From an uncultured Eubacteriales bacterium (lineage in GTDB: Bacteria > Actinomycetota > Coriobacteriia > Anaerosomatales > JAUVQN01): a stretch of DNA of 64,000 bases. A program made the position numbers and the translations under genes. Under the pieces are notes generated by a model. The model ran no database searches and was not told where the DNA came from. It saw nothing but the letters and a program-made list of their open reading frames with translations. The stretch is taken from contig CAYOSP010000001.1 of the NCBI GenBank assembly GCA_964406675.1, positions 16,861 to 80,860 on the forward strand. The letters are read 5' to 3'. This document shows positions 1-12,048 of the stretch, one piece after another. How positions within the stretch are numbered: position 1 is the stretch's first letter; each line of letters starts with the position of its first letter.

Positions 1-2187
1 GATCTCGGCCGCCACCCCCTCGGGCAGCGAGGCGGAACGGGTGAGGAGTATCGGCGCTCCGTAGGAGCCGGCGAGACCCGACGCGGCGAGCGCGTCCGGG
101 AACGCCTCGCCGGTCGCCACGACCACGGCGTCGGACCGGTCGAAATGCTCCCGCGAGACGGACACCGCGGTGGCGTATCTGTCGGCCCCCTCAAGCCTCA
201 GGAGACGGAAGGACGGCGTGACCGCCGCCTCGGAGCTCCAGTCGCTCACGTTGCCCGCCCTATCGACGGCGCGCACGCGGTACAGATACGTGACGTCGTT
301 GGTGAGGCTCGTGTCCGCATACTCGGCGGACGTGGTCGAGCCCACGACGGAGAAGGAGCCCCCCGTCCTCTTCCTGGATACCTCGTAGGAGGTCACATCC
401 GGCGCCGGCTTCTCCCAGGTGACCCTCGCCGCCCTGTTCGCGGGCTCGGCGACCACGCCGCCGGGGGGTCCGGGCGGCGTCGTGTCGAGCACGATCGAGT
501 CCGACAGCGTCGCGGTGCCCACGGCGCTCCGGAAACGCGCGCTCACCCACTTGACCCCGTCACCCGGGGTCAGGGTCACCTCGGAAGACGGTTCGAAGTC
601 CACCCAGGCGCCGTAACCGCCACCCGCGTCCACCCGCATCTCGTCCGCCCCGTACACGGAGGCGGTCAGGCTCACCGACGTCTCGTTCGTGGCCTCGGCC
701 CCGTCCTCGAGCACGATCTCCCCGTCGGGTCCGGACGTGGCGGCGGCGCTCGCCGGATCGAGGCGCGCGCCGGTCACGGTCTTGCCCGCGAGTCCCGCGA
801 CGGGCAGGGCGTTCAATAGCAGGCGCAGCTTGGTCGAGCCGTACCACTCACCCGGGTACAGCGCCTCCACGACCGCCGCCGCCCCCGAGACCTGGGGAGC
901 CGCCATGGACGTCCCGCGCATCTCTCCCCACCCCAGGGCGTAGGAACCGGAACCGTCCGAGACGTCCGTGGGCATGGCCGACGCGATCGACACCCCGGGC
1001 GCACCGAGGTCGACGCTCGTCTCGCCGTGGTTCGAGAAGTCGGCGAGAGCGTCCTGCTCGGTGGTGGCGGCCACCGAGATGATGTTGTCGTACTCGAAGG
1101 ACGCCGGATACTCCCCGTACGGCGGATCGTTGTCGGAGGAGCTGTTGCCCGCCGCGCACACCACGAGCACGCCGTGGTCCCGCGCGTACTCGATCGCGTC
1201 GCCTATCACCTCGAAATCCGACGCCTTGCCGTATCCGGCCCAGGACGCGTTGATGATGTCCGCTCCGTTATCGACCGCGTACTCGACGGCCTGCGCGGCC
1301 ACCAGATCCTCGCCGCCATAGGTACCGTCCAGCATGCGCACGGCCATCAGCTCTACGTCCACGTCCGGCCCGGCGATCCCCGAGACGCCCACGGCGTCAT
1401 CACTGCGAGCGGCGACGATCCCCGCGACGTGGGTCCCGTGAGCGTACTCGGCGAGATCGCCCTGTGCCCCGCTCCCATCGGCGTCCGCGCTCGGGTCCGC
1501 GTCGTCTTCGGAGAAGTCCCAGCCGTACACGTCGTCCACGTAGTCGTTGGCGTCGTCGTCGATCCCGTTCCCGGGCGTCTCGCCCGGGTTCGTCCACAAG
1601 CGCGGCGCGAGATCCGGGTGGCCGAGGTCGATGCCGCTGTCCGGCACGGCGACCACCACAGTGGCGGTGGGCATGCGCCCGCGCACGACGTCCCACGCCT
1701 GCTCGGCGTCCACCTTGGGCAGCGCCCACTGGAGATCGTAGTAGGTGTCGTTCGGCGTGAGCGCGGGGTACACCCTCCTGCCCAGACGCACGCGCTCCAC
1801 GAAGGGGTGCCCCTCTAGGCGCTCGGCGAGGCCGAACAGGTCGACGCCGGGAGCCGGCTCCACCGACACCCAGCCGGACGCGGTCCGTGCGCCGTCCTCA
1901 CGGAAGCCCGCGATCCGCGCGAGGGAGAGGCGGCTCCGGGCGTCCATGCCGGGAGCGAAAGTGACCGAGAGTCGACCGGTCAGGCCGTCGGCACCGGATC
2001 GGGCGGCACCCGCCGCGGCGGTGACCGGCAGGGTCCCCTCCCCGCGGCCCGCGGATGCGTCCACCGGCAGGAGCCCGGCCCCGACCATCACCGCGAGCGC
2101 GAACGCGACGAGGGCGGCGAGCGGACGCGTCGTCCGCGCGGGCTCGGTGGAACGACGTGGACGGAGGCGGGCTGGTCCGCGCATCAT
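1..2187 (-). CDS. Secreted subtilisin-like (S8) serine protease with Fn3-like and CWB2-like cell-wall-binding modules; its 3-prime end runs off the window
   Basis: Absent from the ORF track because it stays open to position 1. Hand translation of the minus strand from ATG 2187 gives 729 codons with no stop. It has a signal-like N-terminus (ALVAFALAVMVGAGLL) and the catalytic motifs VPDSGID, HGTHVAG and GTSMAAP. These are followed by VTWEKP..YEVSRK..YRVRAVDRAGN (Fn3-like) and GADRYATAVSVS..PDALAASGLAG (CWB2-like). Confidence 0.85.
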   Translation of the reverse strand, partial: MMRGPARLRPRRSTEPARTTRPLAALVAFALAVMVGAGLLPVDASAGRGEGTLPVTAAAGAARSGADGLTGRLSVTFAPGMDARSRLSLARIAGFREDGARTASGWVSVEPAPGVDLFGLAERLEGHPFVERVRLGRRVYPALTPNDTYYDLQWALPKVDAEQAWDVVRGRMPTATVVVAVPDSGIDLGHPDLAPRLWTNPGETPGNGIDDDANDYVDDVYGWDFSEDDADPSADADGSGAQGDLAEYAHGTHVAGIVAARSDDAVGVSGIAGPDVDVELMAVRMLDGTYGGEDLVAAQAVEYAVDNGADIINASWAGYGKASDFEVIGDAIEYARDHGVLVVCAAGNSSSDNDPPYGEYPASFEYDNIISVAATTEQDALADFSNHGETSVDLGAPGVSIASAMPTDVSDGSGSYALGWGEMRGTSMAAPQVSGAAAVVEALYPGEWYGSTKLRLLLNALPVAGLAGKTVTGARLDPASAAATSGPDGEIVLEDGAEATNETSVSLTASVYGADEMRVDAGGGYGAWVDFEPSSEVTLTPGDGVKWVSARFRSAVGTATLSDSIVLDTTPPGPPGGVVAEPANRAARVTWEKPAPDVTSYEVSRKRTGGSFSVVGSTTSAEYADTSLTNDVTYLYRVRAVDRAGNVSDWSSEAAVTPSFRLLRLEGADRYATAVSVSREHFDRSDAVVVATGEAFPDALAASGLAGSYGAPILLTRSASLPEGVAAEI

Positions 2188-2202
2188 GCTTCCTCTCCGG
2201 CT

Positions 2203-2247
2203 CCGGCGGAGCATACCCCGGCGGAGCATACCCCGGCGGAGCATACG
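2203..2247. repeat. 15-nt tandem repeat x3 (ccggcggagcatacc) just upstream of the protease start
   Basis: Direct reading shows three contiguous copies, the last with one mismatch. On the minus strand each copy carries TATGCT, a TANNNT-type -10-like hexamer. Confidence 0.9.
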
Positions 2248-2293
2248 CGAAGAGTATCGCATGCCTGAGAGACCGGAGTCGTCCGGTATCGGG

Positions 2294-2743
2294 TCACGTG
2301 ATGAGGTCCCTGACCGTCCCGGCGAGCACGTAGAGCGCCCCGGCCCCGGCGAGCGCCACCACGGCCGCCGACAGCCGGCCGGTCCCCCAGTGGACCCGCC
2401 GTCCCGTCGCGCAGCCGACGAGGAAGGGTGCGAGATAGCCCACCCCCGCGCTCACGACGATCCAGGAGGCGACGACCACCGCGACCTCGACGGGGGTCAT
2501 CGCCGCGACGCCCCATCCCGCGGAGTCCAGGAGGTCGGGCACCGTGGACAGCGCACGCAGACCGTCACCGGCCGCCCAAGCGACGGCCAGCACGAGCCAC
2601 CCCCACATCCGGTTGCCCCGGTCTCCGTCCGGAGCGCCGGCGAACGCCGCGCCCATCGCCGAACCGCCCATGGCCGCGACGGGGTTGAACGACAGCCCGA
2701 GCGCGACGCCGTAGACGATCAGCGACCCCAGACCGTCGCTCAC
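2294..2743 (-). CDS. Hypothetical polytopic membrane protein
   Basis: This is the C-terminal part of track ORF 2294..2989. A GTG at 2743 overlaps the purF TGA stop (GTGA). The sequence is hydrophobic (GSLIVYGVALGLSF, WGWLVLAVAWAA, VAVVVASWIVVSAGVGYLAPFLVG). I recognise no family. Confidence 0.6.
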   Translation of the reverse strand: MSDGLGSLIVYGVALGLSFNPVAAMGGSAMGAAFAGAPDGDRGNRMWGWLVLAVAWAAGDGLRALSTVPDLLDSAGWGVAAMTPVEVAVVVASWIVVSAGVGYLAPFLVGCATGRRVHWGTGRLSAAVVALAGAGALYVLAGTVRDLIT

Positions 2744-4359
2744 GGCCCCTCCGGGAAGAGCTCGAGCGCGAGCTTGCCGCGCTTGACCGTCTCCGGGATC
2801 TCGATCGGATACTCGCCGGTGAAGCACGCCGCGCACACGGAATCGGGATCGTGCCCGACGGCCTCGAACATCTGCTTGGGGGAGATGTAGGCGAGCGAGT
2901 CGACCCCGATGAACTCGGCGACCTCCTCGACCACCTCGTTGGAGGCGATGAGCTGCTCCTGCGTGTCCGTGTCGATCCCGTAGAAGCACGGCCAGCGGAC
3001 CGGCGGGGACGTGATGCGCATGTGCACCGCGGCGGCGCCCGCCTCACGGAGCAGCGTGACGAGCTTCCGCGAGGTGTTGCCGCGCACGATCGAGTCGTCG
3101 ACCACGATGAGCCGCTTGCCTTCGATGGCACGCTTCAGCGGGTTGAGCTTCATCCGGATGCCCTGCTGGCGCATGGACTGCGTGGGAGAGATGAACGTCC
3201 TGCCCACGTAGCGGTTCTTCACGAGCCCCTCGCCGAACGGGATGCCGCTCTCGTGAGCGTATCCGATGGCGGAAGGGATGCCGCTGTCCGGTACGCCGAT
3301 CACCATGTCGGCCTCCACCGGCAGTACTCTCGCGGCCGACTCACCGAGCCGCAAACGCGCGTCGTAGACGGTGCAGTCCAGCAACTCACTGTCCGGTCTC
3401 GCCAAGTAGATGTACTCGAAGACGCACAGGCTCGGCTTCTCGGCGGGCACCGCCTGCTCGGACTCGAGACCCGCGTCGGAGAGCTTGACGAGCTCACCCG
3501 GCCCGACGTCGCGCTCGAACTCCGCGCCCACGATGTCGAGCGCGCACGTCTCGGACGCGACCACCCAACCCTCTTCGCGGCGGCCCAGGACGAGCGGCCG
3601 GATGCCGTACGGGTCGCGGAACGTGTAGAGCGCCTCCTCGGACATCATCACCGTGGAGTACGCGCCGCGGATCCGCCTCATCGTCTCTCGGATGCCTCCG
3701 CGCATGCTCGAGTGCTGCTGCGTGAAGTGATCGATGAGCGTGACCATGACCTCGGAGTCGGTCGTGGAATGGAGCCCGAACCCGTTGCCGTTCAGCTCGT
3801 CGCGCAGCTCCACGGTGTTGACCAGGTTGCCGTTGTGCGCGAGCGCGATGGTGTTCGGGCCGATCTGCGAGATGACCGGCTGTGCGTTCTCCCAGCGGCT
3901 CGAGGACCCGGTGGTGGAGTAGCGCGTGTGACCGACCGCGATGTGGCCCTCGAACGCGTCGAGGTCCGACTCCCGGAACACCTGGGCGACGAGCCCGAGA
4001 TCCTTGTTCACGGTGAGCGACTCGCCGTCGGCGACGGCGATGCCGGCGGATTCCTGGCCCCGGTGCTGGAGCGCCATCAGGCCGAAGTACGCCAGCCGCC
4101 CGACGTCCTCACCGTGCGCGAAGACCCCGAAGACGCCGCACGCCTCTTCGGGTCGGTCGGGCCGTTCCGGCCGGTCCTGCCGGTCGGGCCGTTCCGGCCG
4201 GTCCTGCCGGTCGGGCCGTTCCGGCCGACCTTCCGGCCCGGGGCCCGGCTGTTCGATATCGTTCGTAGAAGGAAGCAGAGGGGCGTCCCGTCCGATCGCC
4301 TGCGAGGGACTCGTCGCTCCCCGCCCTCGGGGCGCGTCCCGACGCAGGTAGGATAGCAT
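2740..4359 (-). CDS. purF: Amidophosphoribosyltransferase with an unusually long N-terminal extension
   Basis: Track ORF of 539 aa. The catalytic N-terminal nucleophile context CGVFGVF is present, followed by ALQHRGQESAGI and a PRTase fold motif (LIVVDDSIVRGNTS). The only in-frame start upstream of the Cys is ATG 4359. Confidence 0.93.
   Translation of the reverse strand: MLSYLRRDAPRGRGATSPSQAIGRDAPLLPSTNDIEQPGPGPEGRPERPDRQDRPERPDRQDRPERPDRPEEACGVFGVFAHGEDVGRLAYFGLMALQHRGQESAGIAVADGESLTVNKDLGLVAQVFRESDLDAFEGHIAVGHTRYSTTGSSSRWENAQPVISQIGPNTIALAHNGNLVNTVELRDELNGNGFGLHSTTDSEVMVTLIDHFTQQHSSMRGGIRETMRRIRGAYSTVMMSEEALYTFRDPYGIRPLVLGRREEGWVVASETCALDIVGAEFERDVGPGELVKLSDAGLESEQAVPAEKPSLCVFEYIYLARPDSELLDCTVYDARLRLGESAARVLPVEADMVIGVPDSGIPSAIGYAHESGIPFGEGLVKNRYVGRTFISPTQSMRQQGIRMKLNPLKRAIEGKRLIVVDDSIVRGNTSRKLVTLLREAGAAAVHMRITSPPVRWPCFYGIDTDTQEQLIASNEVVEEVAEFIGVDSLAYISPKQMFEAVGHDPDSVCAACFTGEYPIEIPETVKRGKLALELFPEGP
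4151..4235. repeat. 27-bp in-frame tandem repeat (about 3 copies) inside the purF 5-prime extension
   Basis: The unit ggtcgggccgttccggccggtcctgcc sits at 4155-4181 and 4182-4208, with a diverged third copy at 4209-4235. It encodes RPERPDRQD repeats. Confidence 0.9.
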
Positions 4360-4371
4360 GCCGCCGCCCCG

Positions 4372-5064
4372 TCAGCCCCAGACCGGTATGGTCCCTTCGC
4401 GATCGCTGCGATGGCTCTCCGCGATGCGCTCCGCGTAGGCTTCTCGCCGGCGTCCGTGCTTCAGCAGGTTCTCGTCGATCGCCCCCGCCGCATGGAACGC
4501 GCCGCCCAGCGCGGCGACGCTCAACGTGTGCCCCGTCTCGTGGGGCACGATGCGGTGGGCGCCGGGCGTGATGAAGGCGAAGTTGCCCAGGTTGTAGCCG
4601 CCCTTGAAGCCGGGACGGTACAGCCAGCCGCCCTCGAGCACCACGGTGCCCGTCGCCGCGTCCACGAAGATGCGGTGCACCCGGAACCGGTCGACCCGGT
4701 TGAGACTCACCGCCGCTCCCGCGAGCTGGACGAGGAGCGCGTACGCGCCGAGCAGCGTGATCGGCCACGACATCGGCATCAGCCAGCTCGCCCAGCCGAG
4801 CGCCTTCTGGTAACGGGGAAGGCGCGCCGTCTCGGGGAAGGCCGCGGCGAAGCCGAGTCCGCCCAGCGCGACCCCGGGCACCGCGAGCCCCATGAACGCG
4901 AGCGCGAAAGCGTTGCAGAAGGCGTTGAAGGCGATCAGCGCTCGGCGCCGGAGCGGCTCGGTCGGCCCGTGGGGGTCGCGGTCGCCGAGCACGTACACGA
5001 CCAAGGCGACGAGGGCGTTCAGCCCGAACAGCGCCGCCATCCGCCGTCCCGCCCGGCGCTTCAT
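4372..5064 (-). CDS. Membrane protein with a C-terminal HExxH (HETGH) zincin-like motif
   Basis: This is the real part of track ORF 4372..5679, starting at MKRRAGRR (ATG 5064). That ATG overlaps the upstream gene's TGA stop (ATGA). It has four hydrophobic segments followed by a soluble tail containing PHETGHTLSV. Confidence 0.65.
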   Translation of the reverse strand: MKRRAGRRMAALFGLNALVALVVYVLGDRDPHGPTEPLRRRALIAFNAFCNAFALAFMGLAVPGVALGGLGFAAAFPETARLPRYQKALGWASWLMPMSWPITLLGAYALLVQLAGAAVSLNRVDRFRVHRIFVDAATGTVVLEGGWLYRPGFKGGYNLGNFAFITPGAHRIVPHETGHTLSVAALGGAFHAAGAIDENLLKHGRRREAYAERIAESHRSDREGTIPVWG

Positions 5065-5603
5065 CGGGCGCGACCGCCGCGCCTCGGCAGCGCCCAGAGC
5101 AGCCACCCGAAGAGCGCCGCCGCCGCGACCACCAGTATCGGCGCCAGGACGGCGGCGACCGACGTCACGAGCGCGACCACGTCCTCGACCACACTCGCCA
5201 CCGGCCCGCCGACCCCCGCGGTCGAGGCGTTCACCGCGGGTCTCGTCGTCGCCTTCGCCACGTGCACGCCGCCGGCCAGGAGGATGCCGAGCGCGATCAG
5301 GAGCACCGGGCTCACGTCGGTCGCCGCGCCGGGGGACGCGACGGCGACCAGCCCTCCCGCCGCCGGGCGGATCACCGTCTGGATGACGTCGTTGACGTGG
5401 TCCACCGCCGGCAGCTTGTCGGCGACGATCTCGACGACCAACAGGACCGCGATGAGCGCCATCGCCCACCACTCGGAGATGAGGTCGTAAGGAGCCGCGA
5501 GCGTGAGGAGTCCCGCCCTGCCCGCGATGGAGACGGCGAGAAGCGGTATGTACGCGTTGAGGCCCGCGGGGAGCGCGAGGCCTATCGAGGTCAACAGTTC
5601 CAC
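5061..5603 (-). CDS. DUF4126-like integral membrane protein
   Basis: Track ORF of 180 aa starting at a GTG with a GGAG about 6 nt upstream. The motifs LPAGLNAYIPLL and VADKLPAVDHVND are typical of the DUF4126 family, from my recollection of that family. Confidence 0.7.
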   Translation of the reverse strand: MELLTSIGLALPAGLNAYIPLLAVSIAGRAGLLTLAAPYDLISEWWAMALIAVLLVVEIVADKLPAVDHVNDVIQTVIRPAAGGLVAVASPGAATDVSPVLLIALGILLAGGVHVAKATTRPAVNASTAGVGGPVASVVEDVVALVTSVAAVLAPILVVAAAALFGWLLWALPRRGGRAR

Positions 5604-5723
5604 GCGGAACTCCGGTGCCGTTGTGTGCGACTGGTGGTATCGTGCGACACTCTACTGCACGACCCGGTCCGGACGCCACGCGGGCTCCGGTGGGTGGACG
5701 CGCCCGAGGGAGGTCGAGACCGC

Positions 5724-6860
5724 ATGCCCAGACGCGTAGGGGTGCCGAGAGCGCTCCTCTACCATCGCTACGCCGCGATGTGGGAGACGTTCCTGGAGAC
5801 CCTCGGCTGCGAGGTCGTGCTCTCGCCTCCCACGAACGGAGCGCTGGTACGCTCGGCCACCGCGGTCGCGGAGGGCGAGCTGTGCCTCCCGGTGAAGGTG
5901 CACCTGGGTCACGCCGCCGCCCTCGACGGCGAGGTGGACGTGCTCTTCGTGCCCCGCGTGGTGGCCGTCGACGGCAGCCGGTTCACCTGCCCGAAGCTGC
6001 TCGGCCTGCCCGACATGACGAGAGCGCTCGGCCTCTCGACGCCGGTCTTGGACCCGACGTTCGACCTGCACGCCGGTCGATTGCGGTTCCTCCGCGACGC
6101 GTACCGCCTCGCACGCTCCCTCGACGGAGGGCGGATCCGCTCGGCGCGGGCGGTCATGGCCGCGCTGCGCGCACAGCGGCGCCACGACCGGGCCGCGCTC
6201 CGGCCGCAGCGGCGCGTCGGCGCGACGGCGTCCGGCGACGGACGTCCGCTGCGCATCGGGGTGGCCTCGCATCCGTACAACCTCTTCGACGAGCACGTGA
6301 GCCTGCGGCTCCTCGAACGGCTCACCGACCGGGGCTGCGAGGTGCTCACCCCCGAACAGATAGCGCCCCGCGCGCTGGACGGCGCGGCTGCGGGCCTGCC
6401 GAAGGACGTCTTCTGGACCTACGAGCGGGAGATCGTGGGCGCGGTGCGGCACTGGCTGGAGCACGACATGGTCGACGGCATCGTGTACCTGCTCTCGTTC
6501 GCGTGCGGACCGGACTCGTTCATGCAGGTGGTCATCCAGGACGAGGTGCACGCGGCCGAGGTCCCGATGATGTCGCTGGTACTCGACGAGCACTCCGCGG
6601 AGGCCGGGTTCCTGACACGCCTGGAAGCGTTCATGGACATGCTCGAGCGCCGCGCCGCTCGCGATCGCGTCGAGGAACGGTCCGTCACGCACTCATCCCG
6701 CGCCGCCGGACCCGACGCCGACGGACCCCACGCCTGCGGACCCCACGCCGCCGAGAACGGTGCCGCCGAGACCGCGCGACCGCCCTCCGCGCGGCGGGTC
6801 CCCCCGGAGACCGCCGCTCGCCCCGCGGACGACGAGGCCCGGGATCGGGTGCCCTCGTGA
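5724..6860 (+). CDS. DUF2229 / acyl-CoA dehydratase activase-related protein (subunit 1)
   Basis: ATG 5724 has a GGGAGG upstream. The N-terminus GVPRALLYHRYAAMWETFLETLGCEVVLSPPTN..GELCLPVKVHLGH matches the conserved start of the COG3580/3581-type domain. The C-terminus is low-complexity. Confidence 0.8.
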   Translation: MPRRVGVPRALLYHRYAAMWETFLETLGCEVVLSPPTNGALVRSATAVAEGELCLPVKVHLGHAAALDGEVDVLFVPRVVAVDGSRFTCPKLLGLPDMTRALGLSTPVLDPTFDLHAGRLRFLRDAYRLARSLDGGRIRSARAVMAALRAQRRHDRAALRPQRRVGATASGDGRPLRIGVASHPYNLFDEHVSLRLLERLTDRGCEVLTPEQIAPRALDGAAAGLPKDVFWTYEREIVGAVRHWLEHDMVDGIVYLLSFACGPDSFMQVVIQDEVHAAEVPMMSLVLDEHSAEAGFLTRLEAFMDMLERRAARDRVEERSVTHSSRAAGPDADGPHACGPHAAENGAAETARPPSARRVPPETAARPADDEARDRVPS

Positions 6861-7981
6861 TCGTCACCACGCCGCGCATGGGCAACCTCACCCCGTTCGT
6901 CGCCGAGCTGTTCGAGCGGCTGGGCGTCGAGTACCTGCCGCCGCCGCAGACCAGCGAGCGCACCCTCGCACTCGGCGTGCGCCACGCGCCGGAGATGGCC
7001 TGCCTGCCGCTGAAGCTCACGATCGGCAACCTCATCGAGGGGCTCGAGGCGGGAGCCGACACGACGGTGATGGTCGGCGGGCGCGGTCCGTGCCGCTTCG
7101 GCTACTACGCCGACCTCCAGCGCCGCATCCTCCACTCGCTCGGCTACGAGCACCGCGCGCTCGTGCTCGAACCGCTCAACCTCGTGGGGTGGCGGGAGTT
7201 CGGTCGCCAGCTCAAGGCGATCGCCCCCGGCAGCTCCTACCGCGAGATCGCCTCGGCGTTCAAGACGACGTTCGCCAAGGGGCAGGTCTCGGACCGCATC
7301 GAGAAGCGAGGGCTGGAGACGCGCTGCTACGAGCGCGAGCGGGGCGAGACGAGCCGGGTGACGAACCGAGCCTTCGAGATCCTCCGCGAGGCTTGGACGC
7401 GCGAGGAGATCGAGGAGGCGGAGCGCGAGGCGGCGGCGCTGTTCGACGCGATGGACCTCGACCGGGACCGCGACGTGCTCGAGGTGGCGTTCCTCGGCGA
7501 GTTCTACCTGCTGCTCGAGCCGTTCACCAACTTCGACCTCGAGCCGTGGCTCGGCGAGCGCGGCGTGTGCCTCGAGCGCGGTGTCTACGTGACCGACTGG
7601 ATCTCGCCGAGCACCGACAACCCCGTCGGGGGCCACAGCGACGAGGAGGTCGCCGAGCACGCGCACCCGTACCTCACGCATCACGTGGGGGCGGAGGGCC
7701 AGAGCGTCATCGGTCACATGCGCATGGCGGCCGAGGCGGGCTTCGACGGGATCATCCACATGCTCCCGTTCACCTGCATGCCCGAGATCATCGCGAAATC
7801 GATCATGCCCACGGTCTCGCGCGATCTCGACCTGCCCTACCTCTCGCTGGTGATCGACGAACAGACGGGCAAGGCCGGGGTGCACACGCGCCTCGAGGCC
7901 TTCCTCGACCTGCTGAGGAGCCGGCGGGCGGGCAGCGACGGGAACGGTTCGGAGAGGAGCACCGCATGCGCGGTTACCTAG
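6857..7981 (+). CDS. DUF2229 / acyl-CoA dehydratase activase-related protein (subunit 2)
   Basis: GTG 6857 overlaps the upstream TGA (GTGA). Family-typical motifs are PRMGNLTPFVAELFERLGVEYLPPP, EMACLPLKLTIGN, GGRGPCRFGYY and LPFTCMPEII. Confidence 0.8.
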   Translation: MIVTTPRMGNLTPFVAELFERLGVEYLPPPQTSERTLALGVRHAPEMACLPLKLTIGNLIEGLEAGADTTVMVGGRGPCRFGYYADLQRRILHSLGYEHRALVLEPLNLVGWREFGRQLKAIAPGSSYREIASAFKTTFAKGQVSDRIEKRGLETRCYERERGETSRVTNRAFEILREAWTREEIEEAEREAAALFDAMDLDRDRDVLEVAFLGEFYLLLEPFTNFDLEPWLGERGVCLERGVYVTDWISPSTDNPVGGHSDEEVAEHAHPYLTHHVGAEGQSVIGHMRMAAEAGFDGIIHMLPFTCMPEIIAKSIMPTVSRDLDLPYLSLVIDEQTGKAGVHTRLEAFLDLLRSRRAGSDGNGSERSTACAVT

Positions 7982-9082
7982 GCGTGGACGTCGGCTCCGT
8001 GAGCACCAACCTCGTGTTCCTCGACGAGGATCTCGAGCCGCGGGCGGTCGTCTATCGCCGCACCCAGGGCAGGCCGATCGACGCGGTGCAGCGCGGGCTC
8101 GAGGAGCTCGCGGCACAGCTCACGCACGCGAGCGACAACGGCGGGCCCGACGTGGAGGTGCTCGGGGTCGGCACCACCGGCAGCGCGCGGTACCTGACCG
8201 GCGTCATCGTCGGCGCCGACATCGTGAAGAACGAGATCACCGCGCACGCGGTGGGCGCGATGCACGTGGTGCCGGACGTGCGCACCGTCCTCGAGATCGG
8301 CGGACAGGACTCCAAGCTCATCCTGCTGCGCGACGGCGTGGTGGTGGACTTCGCGATGAACACCGTCTGCGCCGCCGGTACCGGCTCGTTCCTCGACCAC
8401 CAGGCCGGGCGGCTCGGCATACCCATCGAGGAGTTCGGCTCCTGGGCGCTGCGCTCCGAGAAGGGCGCGCAGATCGCCGGTCGCTGCAGCGTGTTCGCCG
8501 AGTCCGACATGATCCACAAGCAGCAGGTGGGCTACGCGACCGAGGACATCGTGTTCGGCCTGTGCGAGTCGCTCGTGCGCAACTACCTGAACAACCTCGC
8601 GAAGGGTAAGGACCTGCACGCGCCGATCGTCTTCCAGGGCGGCGTGGCGGCGAACGCGGGCATGAAGCGTGCGTTCGAGGAGACGCTCGGCTGCGAGGTG
8701 CACGTCCCCGCGCACCACCACGTGATGGGCGCGATCGGCGCCGCGATCCTCGGGCGGGAGGCCGCGCTCGCGAGCGGCGACGGGCACCGGAGCGAACCCG
8801 GGCAGAGGAGCGAGTCACGGCCCCGGAGCGGCGACGGGAACGGGGTCGCTCGCGTCGACGAGGGTCGGCGCACGCGGTTCAAGGGGTTCGAGACGTCACG
8901 GGTCGAGTACCGGACGACCAGCTTCCACTGCAAGGGGTGCGAGAACATCTGCGAGGTGGTGGAGTGCCGCAGCGACGACGAGGTGCTCGCCCGCTGGGGC
9001 GGTCGATGCGGCAAGTGGGAGGTCGAGGAGCCGGCGGCCGCTCGGGACGCGGACGCCGTCGCCGACGCGGCGACGGGCGAGA

Positions 9083-9108
<26 letters not shown>
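7966..9108 (+). CDS. BadF/BadG/BcrA/BcrD (HgdC-type) ATPase, a putative reductive activase, with a Cys-rich tail
   Basis: ATG 7966 lies after GGAGAGGAG. ASKHA motifs are present ([45 protein letters not shown]). The tail carries [15 protein letters not shown]...GGRCGKWE. Confidence 0.85.
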
Positions 9109-12047
<2,939 letters not shown>

Positions 12048-12048
12048 G

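Noticed and set aside
4372-5679. A single 435-aa protein as drawn by the ORF track; 51359..53242, 36161..38419 and 62277..63917 show the same issue
   Set aside because: The N-terminal halves do not look like protein, and they overlap better genes (DUF4126, the ccsA-like divergent gene, the ABC ATPase). Internal starts with SD sequences or start/stop overlaps give sensible proteins.
5615-8116. Very long alternative-frame or antisense ORFs, for example 5615..7981 (N-terminal part), 6419..8116, 6760..9108 (N-terminal part), 9374..11311, 15049..16836, 21597..23147, 33052..35475, 40345..41865 and 54447..55352
   Set aside because: Their translations are dominated by Arg, Pro, Gly and Ala runs with almost no Lys, Ile, Phe, Tyr or Asn. 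They overlap genes with clear family motifs on the other strand or in another frame. This is the expected stop-codon-poor artefact of very GC-rich DNA.
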